From assembly GCA_002256025.1 (NCBI GenBank), contig NKIB01009348.1:62001-100548 (forward strand): DNA of 38,548 nt, written 5' to 3'. Position numbers and translations under genes: made by a program. Positions within the stretch are counted from its first letter, which is position 1. The number at the start of each line of letters is the position of its first letter. Shown in pieces: positions 21,505-34,214 of the stretch. The stretch comes from Asterionella formosa (Eukaryota). The notes under the pieces were generated by a model. That model ran no database searches and was not told the origin of the DNA. It saw nothing but the letters and a program-made list of their open reading frames with translations.

Positions 21505-22707
21505 CTACTGAAACACCTGGCAGGAGTTGCACTGATAACCATTGCCTCGGTAAATTTCTTCATAATAGCCACACACATCATCTAACTTTGCTGATGGAAC
21601 AACAATTCCAGAATACAGGTACAAAAATCCGAATATAAAGCAGGAAATAATAAATAACCAGCCAGTCAGAAGCAGAAGTATGCGGTAAAAGATTTTGTCA
21701 ATGTGCCAAGAAGCAATAGGAATTCCAGTCAAGAATCCAGCACCAAGTCCGGCAAGATGGACAGCCCAATTGACTTGTATCAATACCAGAAATGGGGGAA
21801 GACAGTTGTGAGAATCCATCACCACAAGGTACAATTACCAAACAAGAGTGAAAGATCAAATACTTTCATTCGTTCCCAGTAACATACCATAAGGGGCAAA
21901 AGAAAAGGCACAGACCAAAATACTAGAGAAAATCACCCAACGTAATTGCTTTGCTCTGGCAATGTGTCCCATCGCCCCCCTTAACGTTTCTTCGCTTTCA
22001 CGGCAACGAAACAAGATTTCAGCAAGCTTGGCACCAAAGATTCCCATGATTGCACCAGAACTGTCCACAGAAACAGAATCGGGATTGAATATACATGACA
22101 TAATGGATGATCCAACCGCTGAGGAAAGGTAAATAATGAGCCAGTTCATGCTCCCCCATTCTCGCTCAAACAATATTCCCATCTTGAGAAGTAAAGTGAC
22201 ATTGCAAAACAAATGAAGGATTCCTACGTTGAGTAAAACAGGAGTCAAATGACGCCACCATTCATTGTACTTTATGATAAGACGAGGATTCGTTCCTCCC
22301 CATGTAGAGAGAGTATCTGGGTCAGGTCCAAGCATGGGATTGACGTCGATTGGTGCAAAACCGCATGTTGCCAACATTGATACCAACATGATAGTCTGTG
22401 CCAGAGAAAAGAGAATGGCGACGTAGCCACGTCTCTGCCTCAAAACAATTGGGGAGTTTGGGTTGACCGGCTGGGTTTCGAAGAAGGACAATATGAAATT
22501 GCTCGATTTTCGTTTCGTTGATTCCGAGGTATTCCTTGCCAATTGTGAATCATATGGATGATAATCTTCCCGTTCATAGTCCTCCTCCTCGTCATCGTCA
22601 TCGTCAATAAAATGTTCGTAGTTCGTCGTTGGAGAACAATTTTGTTCAGTGATGGTCGCTGGATCACAACTCTGTTCATAGTTCTTGACTGTTGGGGCGG
22701 TGGTCAT
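21505..22707 (-). CDS. Rhomboid paralog, 2 exons: 22707-21888 and 21773-21505 (362 aa); active-site motif altered
   Basis: Same intron position (FAPY-VNW; GTATGT...AAG, 21887-21774) and same 269-nt exon 2 as the first copy. SVDSSGAIMG, NWAVHLAG; N-terminus MTTAPTVKNYEQ vs MSAPTTQYEQ. Confidence 0.88.
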
Positions 22708-23887
22708 TGTATTGACTCGTTTTTGATTGGCTGGGTAAATGGCAGGAAAGAAAAGCAAAGGAAAGAGCTCAAGTTTGGTTGAGCGTCAAGTGTTCGTTTC
22801 AGGAATCAAGAATTGTCCCAATGTTGACAAGAATGTTTTGATACAACTGATGAGCAACTGAGGATGTAGTGGACAGAATATTCCAGCAAATTATAGTACC
22901 AGGTTCTGTACATGTAACAATAGATGCTGGCATATCATTTCCAAAAATGAACGCGTGCACATTTCTAATTGTTAACATCATACAGTAGAGTCTGTATGGA
23001 TGATCATTCCCCGACTAGCGATAATGTCTACCAGGTCGTACCAGTACCCGTAGGCAGCCCAAGGAGCATTGGGACAACTATACACAGGTGGAGGGTATTT
23101 TAGTAAACCTCCTACACAAACACTACTGTAAAAGCCTCAAAACTAATGTGTGTGTGTTATGATTGTAATTAATTAATGATGTTTATGCCGTTATACGGAA
23201 ACACCATGTTAAGCAAGCAAAGCCTCCTAGCGATTCGTGTCGCTCAGGTGGTTGTTGCTCGCGCACATTTCCTTTCACCACGCTGATTTTCGTATTGCTT
23301 GCGATGCATACGTAACGGTCTTCTGAGTGTCTCAACGTCGTGATATTCCTGTATGTGCAGCTGTCAGCATTGCTGTTCCGACGGAACTGTACCAGATTGT
23401 TGGTACTCGAGCACCTTGTACCTGATACCACCAGGTACTCCAACCTGCTATTAGGAAGTACGGTACTGGTACCAGGTACCAGGGTACTATATTATCGGTT
23501 CTGCACATTTCTTTATGTGCACAGATATACGCACGGATACCAGGTACCACCAGTCTATATCGAAGAACAGGTCGTTCTTACTTCCCAGCAGGGTTGTCGG
23601 GCTCCTCATTCTTGTGCGTGAGTTTCTGAGAACTGGTACCTGGTAGTACCAGGTGAGCGATCCTGCACATCGATACAGATGTATATAGGGTTAGGGTTGT
23701 ATCAAATTTATCAGAACTCAATGATGAGAGAACTTGACTAACACCTATTGTATACTTTGGTGTCAACTTAGGAAATGAGTTTAATACAAGGATTAATTAT
23801 AAAGCTCATATATTCAACAAATACTACTACTTCTAGTTAGATACTTCACTTTGAATTCAAAAAGAGCCCAATTAGAACAAAACAAAC

Positions 23888-25240
23888 ATGGCAATGTATT
23901 CAAGGGTTCCTGTGGTCATTCCTTTGATCAAAGATTACAATGTATTGCCTATCAAGACTAAGACATTCAGAGTTTCTTTAACCGGTAGAAGGTTTGAATT
24001 ATTTGATCAAGATATGATTGATGGAAGCTCTGTGGAAGCATTATTGATTGGAGTGAGTCAATTTCATGTCAGGAGGGCTAACACATCATGTGCCTTTAGC
24101 CCTGCAGATAGCTTTTCCTACTTCAAAAGGTGTTTGACTGACATTGCCTTATTGGATTGGTTGAATGTGGAAGTATATCCAGAAGATCAATCCTATGATA
24201 GTTTTGATGAAGCAATGGTTTTATGGTTAGATGATCATTTACCAAATGAGCGTTTTCAACATCAATGACAATGGATGCTGTGCTACTTATCTATACCCTT
24301 TTCTATGTTGGTAATGGATTTCGGAGCTTGCTTTAACTTTGAACAGGCTACTTCAACTAAATGCCTCATCCAGAAGATCAAAACGGATTGTCGAAAGAAG
24401 ATATGCGGATCATTATCATTCATTCTATGCCCGATGAGTGGCAACAAGAGTTTGAATTGAATGATGCTAAAACTTCAGACCAATCAATTCGCTCGGCTGT
24501 CGCTTACTTCGAGAGTCAACAGTCGTTTAAGGACCAAAACAAGCACTTTCCCCAAAACAGTTTTCAAACAATCACACAAAATTGTCTTTGTATTGCTGAA
24601 GGCAATTGTATGATGCGTCAAGAAAACGAGCGTGTCAGTCGTCTATTGTACAACGATAATTTTACTCCAAGTGGTCATGGAAGAGCATGTGCTATTGTCA
24701 ACACAGCCGGTCGCGCATGGGATTGTCAGGCGACTGTTAGTCATCAAGCTCTACAAGCCAGTCGTACGTACCATGATTCTTGTGGCCCTTGCCCGGTACA
24801 TCTACTTGAGGCAATCATTTTCAAAATCCTTTTACTCAAGGTGATTGAGCAGGTCGCATGGCTGGTCGTCATAATGGACATGGCCATTCCAATTTTGGTG
24901 GACAAGGACATTTTGGTGGTTGTGGAGGTGGCTCACACAGCAATCCTACGGAAAGCTACCATACTGACACTACTGACACTGCTAAGCCTGTGCCTGTTAC
25001 TACACTTAGTACTCATATGTTAAATGCATGGGTTCATAATACTCATCCATCCAGCTGGGGTACTGTGCCATGTGCCGATCCTACCGAGAATACATCTGCC
25101 CAGGAAATTTCAGTGGTCACGAACCCTCCTGCTGGTCAGCTAGTGACTTTTGTCCCTACTACACAACAGCAGATTGCTGATCACCATCACAGAGGTATGT
25201 GCGATAATAGCGATAGGATGCTATTCATCATGACTCATTG
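23888..25240 (+). pseudogene. gag: gag remnant
   Basis: Fragmented ORFs with IIIHSMPDEWQQEF, a PCPVH knuckle-like remnant and a Gly/His-rich tail, immediately upstream of the protease. Confidence 0.65.
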
Positions 25241-25494
25241 AGTAAATCTCACATTAGTCATCACCTGAATAATATTGTTTATTTACAAGTTGAATACACT
25301 ATGAATACCGCTGTTCCTGTAACGCAGGACATATATAAATGCATCGATGGACATGATGTCCCAAATACACATCAGGGCCCAATTCCGGTTTCCTGTTTTA
25401 CTTCTAAGGATGCATTAACGTCAATTGATTTGATTCCAATATCTCTTTTAGCACCACGATTGGTGGATGCTATACCTATGCATTAAATACTATG

Positions 25495-28400
25495 AGTATT
25501 ATTTGATAGTGGAGGATCTTAATCCTTAATACATGAACGGCTTATGCCTCAAGGTATTTCTTTGTCTAACAAGACTTCCCAATCAATACATACCATAGCC
25601 GGTACTTATTCATTTCATGCCAGTGTTATTTTACATGACCTGATTCTACCTGAATTTAATCGATCTACTCTTATTTTACAACGAAAATGTCAAGTTTTCA
25701 ATGATCTAGGCACATTTGATGCTATTTTAGGACGTGATTTCCTTTGTCAAGTTGGTTTAACCATTGATTTCGTAAATAACACCATGTCCTGTATGGATAT
25801 GATTCTTCCTATGCATTTTATCACATTTTTTGATGATGGAGAACGTTTACGTGATGTATTATTGTATTTTGATGTACCTATTGTTATGGAATCTTCATAT
25901 ACGCTGGAAATTAAATCTGCTGAATATAATTACGTGAATATTGATACAGTAGTGGATAAACAGATACATTTGACAACGATGCAACGGTCATGTTTACGAA
26001 CTATATTGGTTAAATATCAAACATTATTTTACGGAAAATTAAGTTTGTCCTCATAAACAGGTACATTTGGAATTATAATTATCAAATGCCATCCCTCGTC
26101 ATCAACGAGCATATCCGGTCGCTCACATTCATTGAGAAGTTTTCAAAACCGAATTACAACGGTTGTGTGATATTGGAGTCCTACAAAAATGTGGTGCTTC
26201 TAAATGGGCATCTCCCTTTTTTATTATTCCTAAAAAGGATGGAAGTGTCCAATGAGTGTCAGATTTTGTGAATTCAATAAAGTCATCAATCGCAATATAT
26301 ACCCTTTACCTCGAATACAAACTATTCTCACTAAACGTGCTGCATATGTATTCTTTACCAAATTGGATGTTTCTATGCAATAATATACCTTCGCATTAGT
26401 TGTAGAGAGTCAAAATTTGTGCGTTATTTCCACTCCATTTGATTTATATAAACATTTATGTCTCCTTATGGGGGTGAAATAATCATCCGACATTGCACAA
26501 GAAACTATGGAACATTTTCTTAGTGATTTAGATGATGTGGAAATTTATATTGATGATGTAGGTTGTTTGTCAATGAATTTTCCGGATCACCTTCATTTAT
26601 GGACACTATTTACATCGTTTACAGGCAAATGATTTTACAATTAATCAATCTAAGTGTGAATGGGCAGTCCAAAAGGCAGATTGGTTAGTCAATTGGTTAA
26701 CTCCTAATGGACTGAAACCTTGGTCTAAAAAGGTCCGAGCATTGATTAATATGTCTTCACCTACCAATCTTAAACAAGTCAGATCGTTTCTCGCTCGGTG
26801 CAATTACTTCCTGTCGAGACATGTTTCCTAGACGATCTCATGTTCTTGGACCACTCACGGCCGGAATTTATTGGAAGTGGTCCATTTGACTGGTTACCTA
26901 GTATACATAAACAAGTTTTTAAAGAAATAAATGCATTGTTAGTTGCAGATACACTCAGGCGTTATCCTGATCACAATAGGATCGGTCATTATGCAAAACG
27001 ATCTCCCAGATGTTTATTATTCTCGAAAATTATCTGCTGCTCAAAACAATTATACTACTATTGAAAAAGAATTATTTTCTTTGGTAGAAACTTTCAAAGA
27101 ATTTCGCTCTATGTTATTGGGTGCAGTTCTATATATTCACACTGATCATCGAAATCTTATTTAATATATTTTAAACACTCAATGTGTTCTACGGTGGAGA
27201 CTTTATAATGAAAGAATTTCATCCTACTTTTCACTACGTGAAAGGGACTGACAATGCTATTGCAGATTCCATCTCTAGCCTCCCGAGGCTTGCGTCTTTG
27301 GTGGGGGATGATATTGGACCGGAATCTCCAGCGTCAATATTTACTTCTACTTTTTAAAATTGAATTAGATGATGACCCTTTGCTTACCTGTTTCCTCAAT
27401 CATCCAATCTTGGCAGACAATATTCAATATCCTCTGGATTATAATTTAATACATGATAGACAATTGCTGGATATACAATTGATTCTCAATCAACAAACAC
27501 ATCCGTTAAATTTTCCCAATATCAATTTTCATGATACATATTTAATATGTTTTGAGAAGAAACCAGGAGATACTTGGCGTATTGCTATTCCTACATCACT
27601 ATTGGATCCTATTATTAATTGGTATCATCAGATGTTAGCTCATGTGGGTATGACAAGATTAAATGCTACAATTACTACACATTTTTATCCCCCTACATTA
27701 AAAGCAAGAGTGGAACATATTTTAAGAGTAATATGTGAAGTATGTCAACGTACAAAATTACCTGGTACTGGTTTTGGTGAACTTCCACCCAGGAATCCAT
27801 TGTTGTTACCATGGTCAGAAGTCGCAGTGGATCTAATTAGTCCATGGAAGATAACAGTGGCTGCTCAAGCGATTGAATTTCGTGCTCTAACTTGTACTGA
27901 CACAGTCACCAATTTAGCAGAAATTTCACGTATCAATAATAAAACATCAGAATATATTGCGATGAAATTTGAAAATGATTGGGTAGCCAGATATCTCCAT
28001 CCAGAACTTGTATACATGACAATGGAGGTGAATTCACTGGTGTTTCTTTCATACACAGCATGTTAGTGTTGAATGGAATTAAAGATGTAACTACTACAGT
28101 CAAGAATCCACAAGCAAATGGTATCTGCGAACGTTAAAATCAATCTATCAGTAACAGTCTACGAGTTATGTTAAAGGCTCATCCTCCAATCAAGAAATTT
28201 CAAGCTCAGAATATTGTGGATACATGTTTTGCAGTGGATCATATGCAGCTCGAGAAGCTATTCATAGTATATTACGTATTTCACCAGGAGCATGGGTTTT
28301 TCAACGTGATATGATATTAAATTTTCCTTTTATTACAGATTTACAATTAATACATCAATGTCGACGACAAGTCATAATTGATGAACGTTTACGTCGTGTT

Positions 28401-28600
28401 AATTTCCGTCTTCGATCTTATGATTACAAAGTGGGTGACGAGATGTTAATACTATTGTTGGATAATCCTACTACCTTGCTTAGATGATCGTGGACGAGGT
28501 CCTTATACTATTATTCAAGTACATGCCAATGGTACAGTTACTTTTCAACGCACTATGCATATTACAGAACGAATTAATATTCGTCATATCAAACCTTTGA
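25495..28600 (+). pseudogene. pol: pol remnant: aspartic protease, reverse transcriptase, RNase H, integrase
   Basis: VLFDSGGS (~25496) and DAILGRDFL; YPLPRI (~26300), IYIDDV (~26543); YYSRKLSAAQNNYTTIEKEL..HTDHRNL; WYHQMLAH..CEVCQ, VAVDLI, PQANGICER (~28108), GPYTIIQVHANGTV (~28498). Confidence 0.93.
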
Positions 28601-30419
28601 TGGGTAAAAGTTTTTCCCTTTATGATTTTGTTTTCCTTGTTGTTGTTGCGCTCAGCCCCTTCAAGGCGCGATTGTAGCATTTTCTTTGTCTGGATGAGTA
28701 GGAACTTCTCCTTGAAGGGGCTGCCGCACATTATGGCATTATTTTTGACATGATGCTTCACATTGTTGTTGGCACTGATACCTGCATCTACAACTACACA
28801 AATTGCCGATACTGAGGATACAATCAATCAATTATCAGTTAATGAATCACTTGCTTATCTCATATATGGAGTTTTACACTGTTAATTTACTATGGGTAGC
28901 CCAGTGATGATTTCTTTATTCTATATGGCAGGTGCATGCATGACGCCTCCCATTCATGCGTGTACTCATGTAACTAGAATCCTACGGGAATTTTGGTGGA
29001 TTGATGATCATTTCCATAATCTATAATCAAGTGTCACTCCAATTGAAATTCAGCCTTACCAGTAGTAGCTATTATGACGTTTTCCACTGTTTATGTATGG
29101 GCTTCTGTTTGTATAGAAAAACTACCAGAGTAGTATGCATTCATGCTCTATAGAACTGTAATCGTACATCGGTTATCTCATTTTACGGGCGATCATTTCT
29201 GTCCAGAAAGTATAATCTGAAATCAAAAACATTTGATTCTTATCATATCCTATATGTTTGATCAAAGCATCATACTAATCATATTGAAACGGTGTCATAA
29301 GATATAAGAAAATGAAAGATCAAAATATATTTAAGTGATAAGATAAATTGATATGAAAAGTAAGATAAAATCATCCTAAACGAATTATATTAAGTTTTCC
29401 GCTGTATTATGGTACTCCACCATGATGTGAATAAAAACCAAGTATATCATAGGCCATGGCTTTTTTGAAGTCTGTCTATAAATGATCAAACTAATACATG
29501 ATTTTTTTTGAACAACGCGTTATGACTTGTTCCGCTAATTTAGGAGCTGAATTAAATCACTGACTTGTAGGTAGGACAAGAATTGACACGAAAAAAATTA
29601 AAAACAATACATCTTAAATTGATAATAGTATACCGGTACACATGATATGCCATATAAAGAGTGTTCTTGAACTACGCAAATGTTCAACTGTATGAATATT
29701 TATACATTTAAATTTTTATAAATGCATACTTAGCTATTACATGTCAAATAATTTTTACATTTTCTTTTCATGTATACATTTCCTGAATTGAAAGTTCACA
29801 TCAGCCACTTGACAATGAACAATGAAGTGGCGCTACAACGCAATGAAACACCTTGCGGCTTCGAAGAATTGAAAATACTAGAAAGTGAAGGGAATCAAGC
29901 TATGGTATCTCATGATCGCCAAGGAAATATGCCTAGTCAGGATCATTGTTTGTTGGATTGCCAAAAATTGATTTTTTGCTTCTCAAGCAATTCAATTGCT
30001 CATTTTCTATTATCGCTCATTTTGTATTCAGTGTGAAACCACCAATGTGGAAAAGCGAAAATCTGTGAGTGCTTCTTTTGTTGTATCAAATCAAACAGGT
30101 TACACCTGTTTGAACATAACTGAAAGATGTGCGCTGCTGTCAGAATAATGCTGGGACACAAACGGTATTAGTATTTTATAACCAATAGCGCTAGAAAGAT
30201 TTATTGATGCATAATTTACGAGATATTCTACTATCACATTATTTTACCATAATATGAGAAGAGAACTTTGCCTTGTTGTGGTAAGTAAAGATAGAATGTC
30301 TGGAACTTCATGTTGTGATGTAAGGAAAGCAAGACTAACAAGCAAGTAATTGCTTCTCATAATTAATATAGTCACGACAAACAAAATAGATCTACAACTG
30401 GAAATAACGTAGGATGATT

Positions 30420-30620
30420 CAAAATCGGAGTACAAGGGAATGGAGAGAGGCAGCTAACTGTAAGATTGTAAGATTTCAGAATCGGAGTACATGGGGAGGG
30501 GGAGAGGCCGCAGAGCAGTAAGAGTGTCAGAATTAAGAATCTGTTTACAAGGGTAGTAGTAGGGGGAGAGGCAGTAAACATTAAAAGTGTCAGAATCGGG
30601 TTTGCAGGGAAGTGGACAAG
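30420..30620. repeat. Degenerate ~55-60-bp purine-rich minisatellite x4
   Basis: CAGAATCGGAGTACA.GGG...GGAGAGGC...TAAGAGTGT units. Confidence 0.65.
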
Positions 30621-31052
30621 AAAGCAAGTGAGCAGTTGGACGAGAGAAAAGGGAAACATTGCGTAGCAACTCAAGATTTAAAAGCAAAATAGAATCATTT
30701 CTAAATATAGTACTGAAATGATTGTGTTTTAGAAATAATTTTTATTCAATGAAAATGAGAGCTGCGATTGAAACTATATGCATTGCTTCATCATATCATA
30801 TTTAGCAATACAAGCATCACGTGGCAAAACATTCTTTGCCACTTACCATATGATATCCATGATCTTAAAGATATGATACTTTTTATTTGAAGACAATCTT
30901 TCAAGAACTCATAAGGTAAGAAAAATTCAAACAACTGGAAGACAGTCGACTTCAAGTGAATTGGAAAAGATGAAAGTCTTGAAGAAAAGCTATTCATCTG
31001 CCTCCTGTCCAGCAAATTCCTGAATGTCCCCTCTCAGTATCAACACCTTGTG

Positions 31053-31412
31053 TAAGAAATGGCTTAGTGGTTTTGCACGTTGCATTTGATCTAAGTTTTT
31101 GAGGTTCAATTCATGCCATTTTTTAGAGAAGCAATCGTTGGCTTCGACACCCACACTCCTTACCGTCCGACATGGTCTTGTCGTCTGGTGCGCAAGAAGT
31201 AGTGGGTTGGGGGGGGGGGGGGGGGGGGGGGGGGAGGGCGGCCCCCCCCCCCCCCCCCTACAAGCAGCTTGTGCCACCTTCTTAGGCGGTCGGAGTTTCC
31301 CCTAACGCTGCGGCTAAGACGATCAACCAAGAAGTTTGGGGACTCACCTACGCTAACAAAAATAGAGAACAAGCACAGGTGCATCTTGTCGGCAAGTACC
31401 TGGCTGGTAGCA
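31053..31412 (+). mobile_element. tRNA-derived SINE-like element, copy 2, with internal G26/C17 runs
   Basis: TGGCTTAGTGG (A box, 31060) and GGTTCAATTC (B box, 31103). Body TAGGCGGTCGGAGTTTC.CCTAACGCTG.GGCTAAGAC...GTTTGGGGACTCA matches the reverse complement of ~19050-19130. Confidence 0.7.
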
Positions 31413-32038
31413 CAATGAAATACTAGTAGAAATGGGGAGTACGAATGGGCTATAAAATGTACTATCTCTTATCAGCACCTTGTTTATGAATTAATTTCGA
31501 CAAACTACATTTTCAGGTGCTGGGGCATTGTCATCATCAATATCGAAAAATCCAGATGCAACGGTAACATCATCATCATCATCGAAAATTGTGCCTGTAC
31601 GCTTGACAAGCAAGTTCGACAAGCCCTGAAGGCATGATACCTTGATTTCCTAATGCCTCCTTAAATATATAATTGCATTCACCATAGCAAAACAAATTCT
31701 AGATAATCCTGTTTTGCTTCTCAAGTAAGAGCATACAGCTCAGTTGTATATGCATCATCCACAGCCCCTGGAGCTGTGACCATAAAGGCCAGCCATCACC
31801 TCTTTACCTCCTATTTCATTGACCTCACTTCCTTGCTTTTCAGAACTGTCTTTCTTTCAAATCGATGAACCTTTGCGATATTCACATGGAAATTCATGAA
31901 AGACCAAGGAGGAGAATGGTACCTTTGCCCACAATTCTCAATCGTGGCGTCGAGGTCATGTTCTCCTAATTCTAGACTATTTAGAACATTTACCGGTATT
32001 ATATACACAATTTCGTTCGGAATAATGTTTAAAAAGAA

Positions 32039-32807
32039 GGGCGCCACTCGTTCGGTCACCCTACTTGCGCCGCCCGAGTCAAGTAGACAGACTCCTCCTT
32101 AGTAGGGTCTTAACTAGGCAATTCACAAACTAGCTATCGGCGCGCTTTTCGCCACTACAATGCCGTTTCAGTTAACATTGAAAACGTATTTTAGATAGTT
32201 TGTATGTTGGATGCGAACAAGCTAATTGCCGATCATATAAAACATATATTGTATACTTCATATGTAGAGATTTTTGATTAATCAATCCTGCAATTGCTCT
32301 TCATAAAAAACCTATTTTGTATATTTCATATGCTCCGTTTTTGAACTGCCAAACTACCTTCAATATGTTCTACAGCCCCTAGATTTTTTTGCCAAAATTG
32401 ACTGCCGTTTATCGAAGGGAATTGATTACTGATATCTATGACCCCTCAATGGACTGCCATTTGCTTAAGGAAAATCGACTGCCAAAATTGCAAGGGAGTA
32501 GGATGAACCACGTGAAGGCACAAAATGATGGTTTTCTGTAAAGTGTCGATGGCAATTCCACTACATCCATGCTATCCTCCAGCATGGTCCGATGTATGAA
32601 AACTCTGTTCATTGATGTCTCAAATAATGACTCTTCATCAAATGAATCTGGCTGGTTATTGCATGATTCGACTTCATGTGACGTATGCTTCATCACGGTG
32701 GCGCCATATTTTCGGCATTTTCGCTCAGCCGTTAAATTTTTACTATAAAGCATTTGTTATATTTTCCATGTGTCCTACAGTATCTCAAATCAGATCTCGG
32801 CAGCAAG
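32039..32807 (+). mobile_element. Half hairpin plus 'arm C', copy 1; direct repeat of ~36572..37502
   Basis: AGGCAATT.ACAAACTAGCTATCGGCGCGCTTTTCGCCACTACA... through TATCTCAAATCAGATCTCGGCAGCAAG is shared; this copy lacks ~200 bp present at ~37225-37420. Confidence 0.88.
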
Positions 32808-34083
32808 GTTTAGTGCTCAATTGTTGGCTTTTCCGCTGTTCCTGTAGGTTATCTAATCGCAATTATTTTTATTACTTCGGCAATGACAACGCAAACCAGA
32901 AGCCACTTCTGATACCCTAAAAGAGCTATCAGCTTGAGGTGAGAAACAACACTTAAGGTGACAAAAGGAATCATCAAACTGCGCCTATTGTCTTGGTTGG
33001 TTCATCATGATATGTTCTGTTGATTGTTGTTTGGTCGCTTCGATGTGAATCACGGTAATACCAATAATCAACCTATATTGATTTCCAAATAGAACATCTC
33101 GACGATGTATATCATACTCACAATCTAAATATCCAAGGAGCCAGCATCACATTTGTTCCTTCCAGCTATAGATGCAATTTTCCTAATGTCTCAAAACGAT
33201 TCCCAAGCAGTGGCACATTCTGTTGATTGCTGCATATGCTTGCTTTTATTCATCTTTTCTGAACTCAATAACCTTTTGAAATTTACTCCCGTTCACATTG
33301 TTGTACAAGAATCGTCAGTCGGAACATACCACGAGCCAAAGCAGCAAATGAATGATTTCCAAAACAATATTGGAATCATTATGTTCTACATCATTGCGCC
33401 AATGACACAACTTGTAATGTACCATATTCCAACACCACACAACACCCAATGCAATTGAAAAGTCAGGTTGATTGTCATCTCAATTTAATTTCTTTTTGAG
33501 TGAATCCTATAGTGAATGTATAAAGTGACTCCATCACTGCACACAATCACATTTTCCTCCATGATGATGATCTTGATCCCATTGCTTAAAACTTCAGTCA
33601 TCCGGGCGGGTCATCTTTGTCCTTCTCCTACAATACACTAACTTTCACACCACACCGACGCACGCCACCAAAGTTTACAATCCCCTTGCTTCCTCCACAA
33701 ACACCACAAGTCACAGTTCTTCTAGCTCCATTGCCTCCCAAGCTGGTTGAATTATTGGTTGCTGCTTTTCCAGGCCTGATTGAACGTTTCATTTATTTTT
33801 CTTCGACGACGTGAAAGAAGTGTAAGTTGGCAATTGTTAATGAACATGCATATACATTCTTTCAAAAAATTTCCACTTTTTATTCAACTCCCTGATCGTC
33901 ATTCTTGTTTCATACTTTGGTTGCTTAAAACCATCATGCTTGCTGCAATCATTCTTGTGTGATCATTTTTCATGCATATTTGGGACTCCATCCATTTTTG
34001 ATGTGGCTGCTTTCGAATGATGACTCTACTCCTGACCTTGCTCGATGGTCCCTGCTCAAACCTTAAATTGACTGCTGATGGCA

Positions 34084-34205
34084 ATACACGCCCGAAGTGG
34101 TCTCTTGCCTGTGAGTATACATGTGTTTGAGGCTGGGTGACACAAGTAGGTTGACCGTATGAGCGGCGACCCAGCGCGGCGAGAAGGTCACTCTACTATG
34201 AGTGC
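34084..34205 (+). repeat. Partial, more decayed tandem copy of the CGAG hairpin module
   Basis: AATACACGCCCGAAGTGGTCTCTTGCCTGTGAGTATACATGTGTTTGAGGCTGGGTG... parallels the sequence from 34216 onward. Confidence 0.85.
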
Positions 34206-34214
34206 TGAAGGCAC

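Larger units (their letters stand above)
23888..28600 (+). mobile_element. Decayed Ty3/Gypsy LTR retrotransposon internal region (gag-PR-RT-RH-INT); LTRs not found
   Basis: Domain order PR-RT-RH-INT with many stops and frameshifts; see sub-features. Confidence 0.93.

Noticed and set aside
23686..23698. TAGGGTTAGGGTT telomere-like sequence
   Set aside because: Only two units; compatible with chance.
23600..29300. LTRs, PBS or PPT of the Gypsy element
   Set aside because: No direct repeat between 23600-23880 and 28600-29600 found by eye, and no convincing PBS or PPT.
30990..31384. Poly-Pro/poly-Gly ORFs
   Set aside because: Produced by the G and C homopolymer runs.
33150..34060. Possible pseudogene fragments on the minus strand (TCGVCGG); similar coding-like debris at 20500-21100 and 31500-32030
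   Set aside because: Too fragmented to assign a family without a database search.
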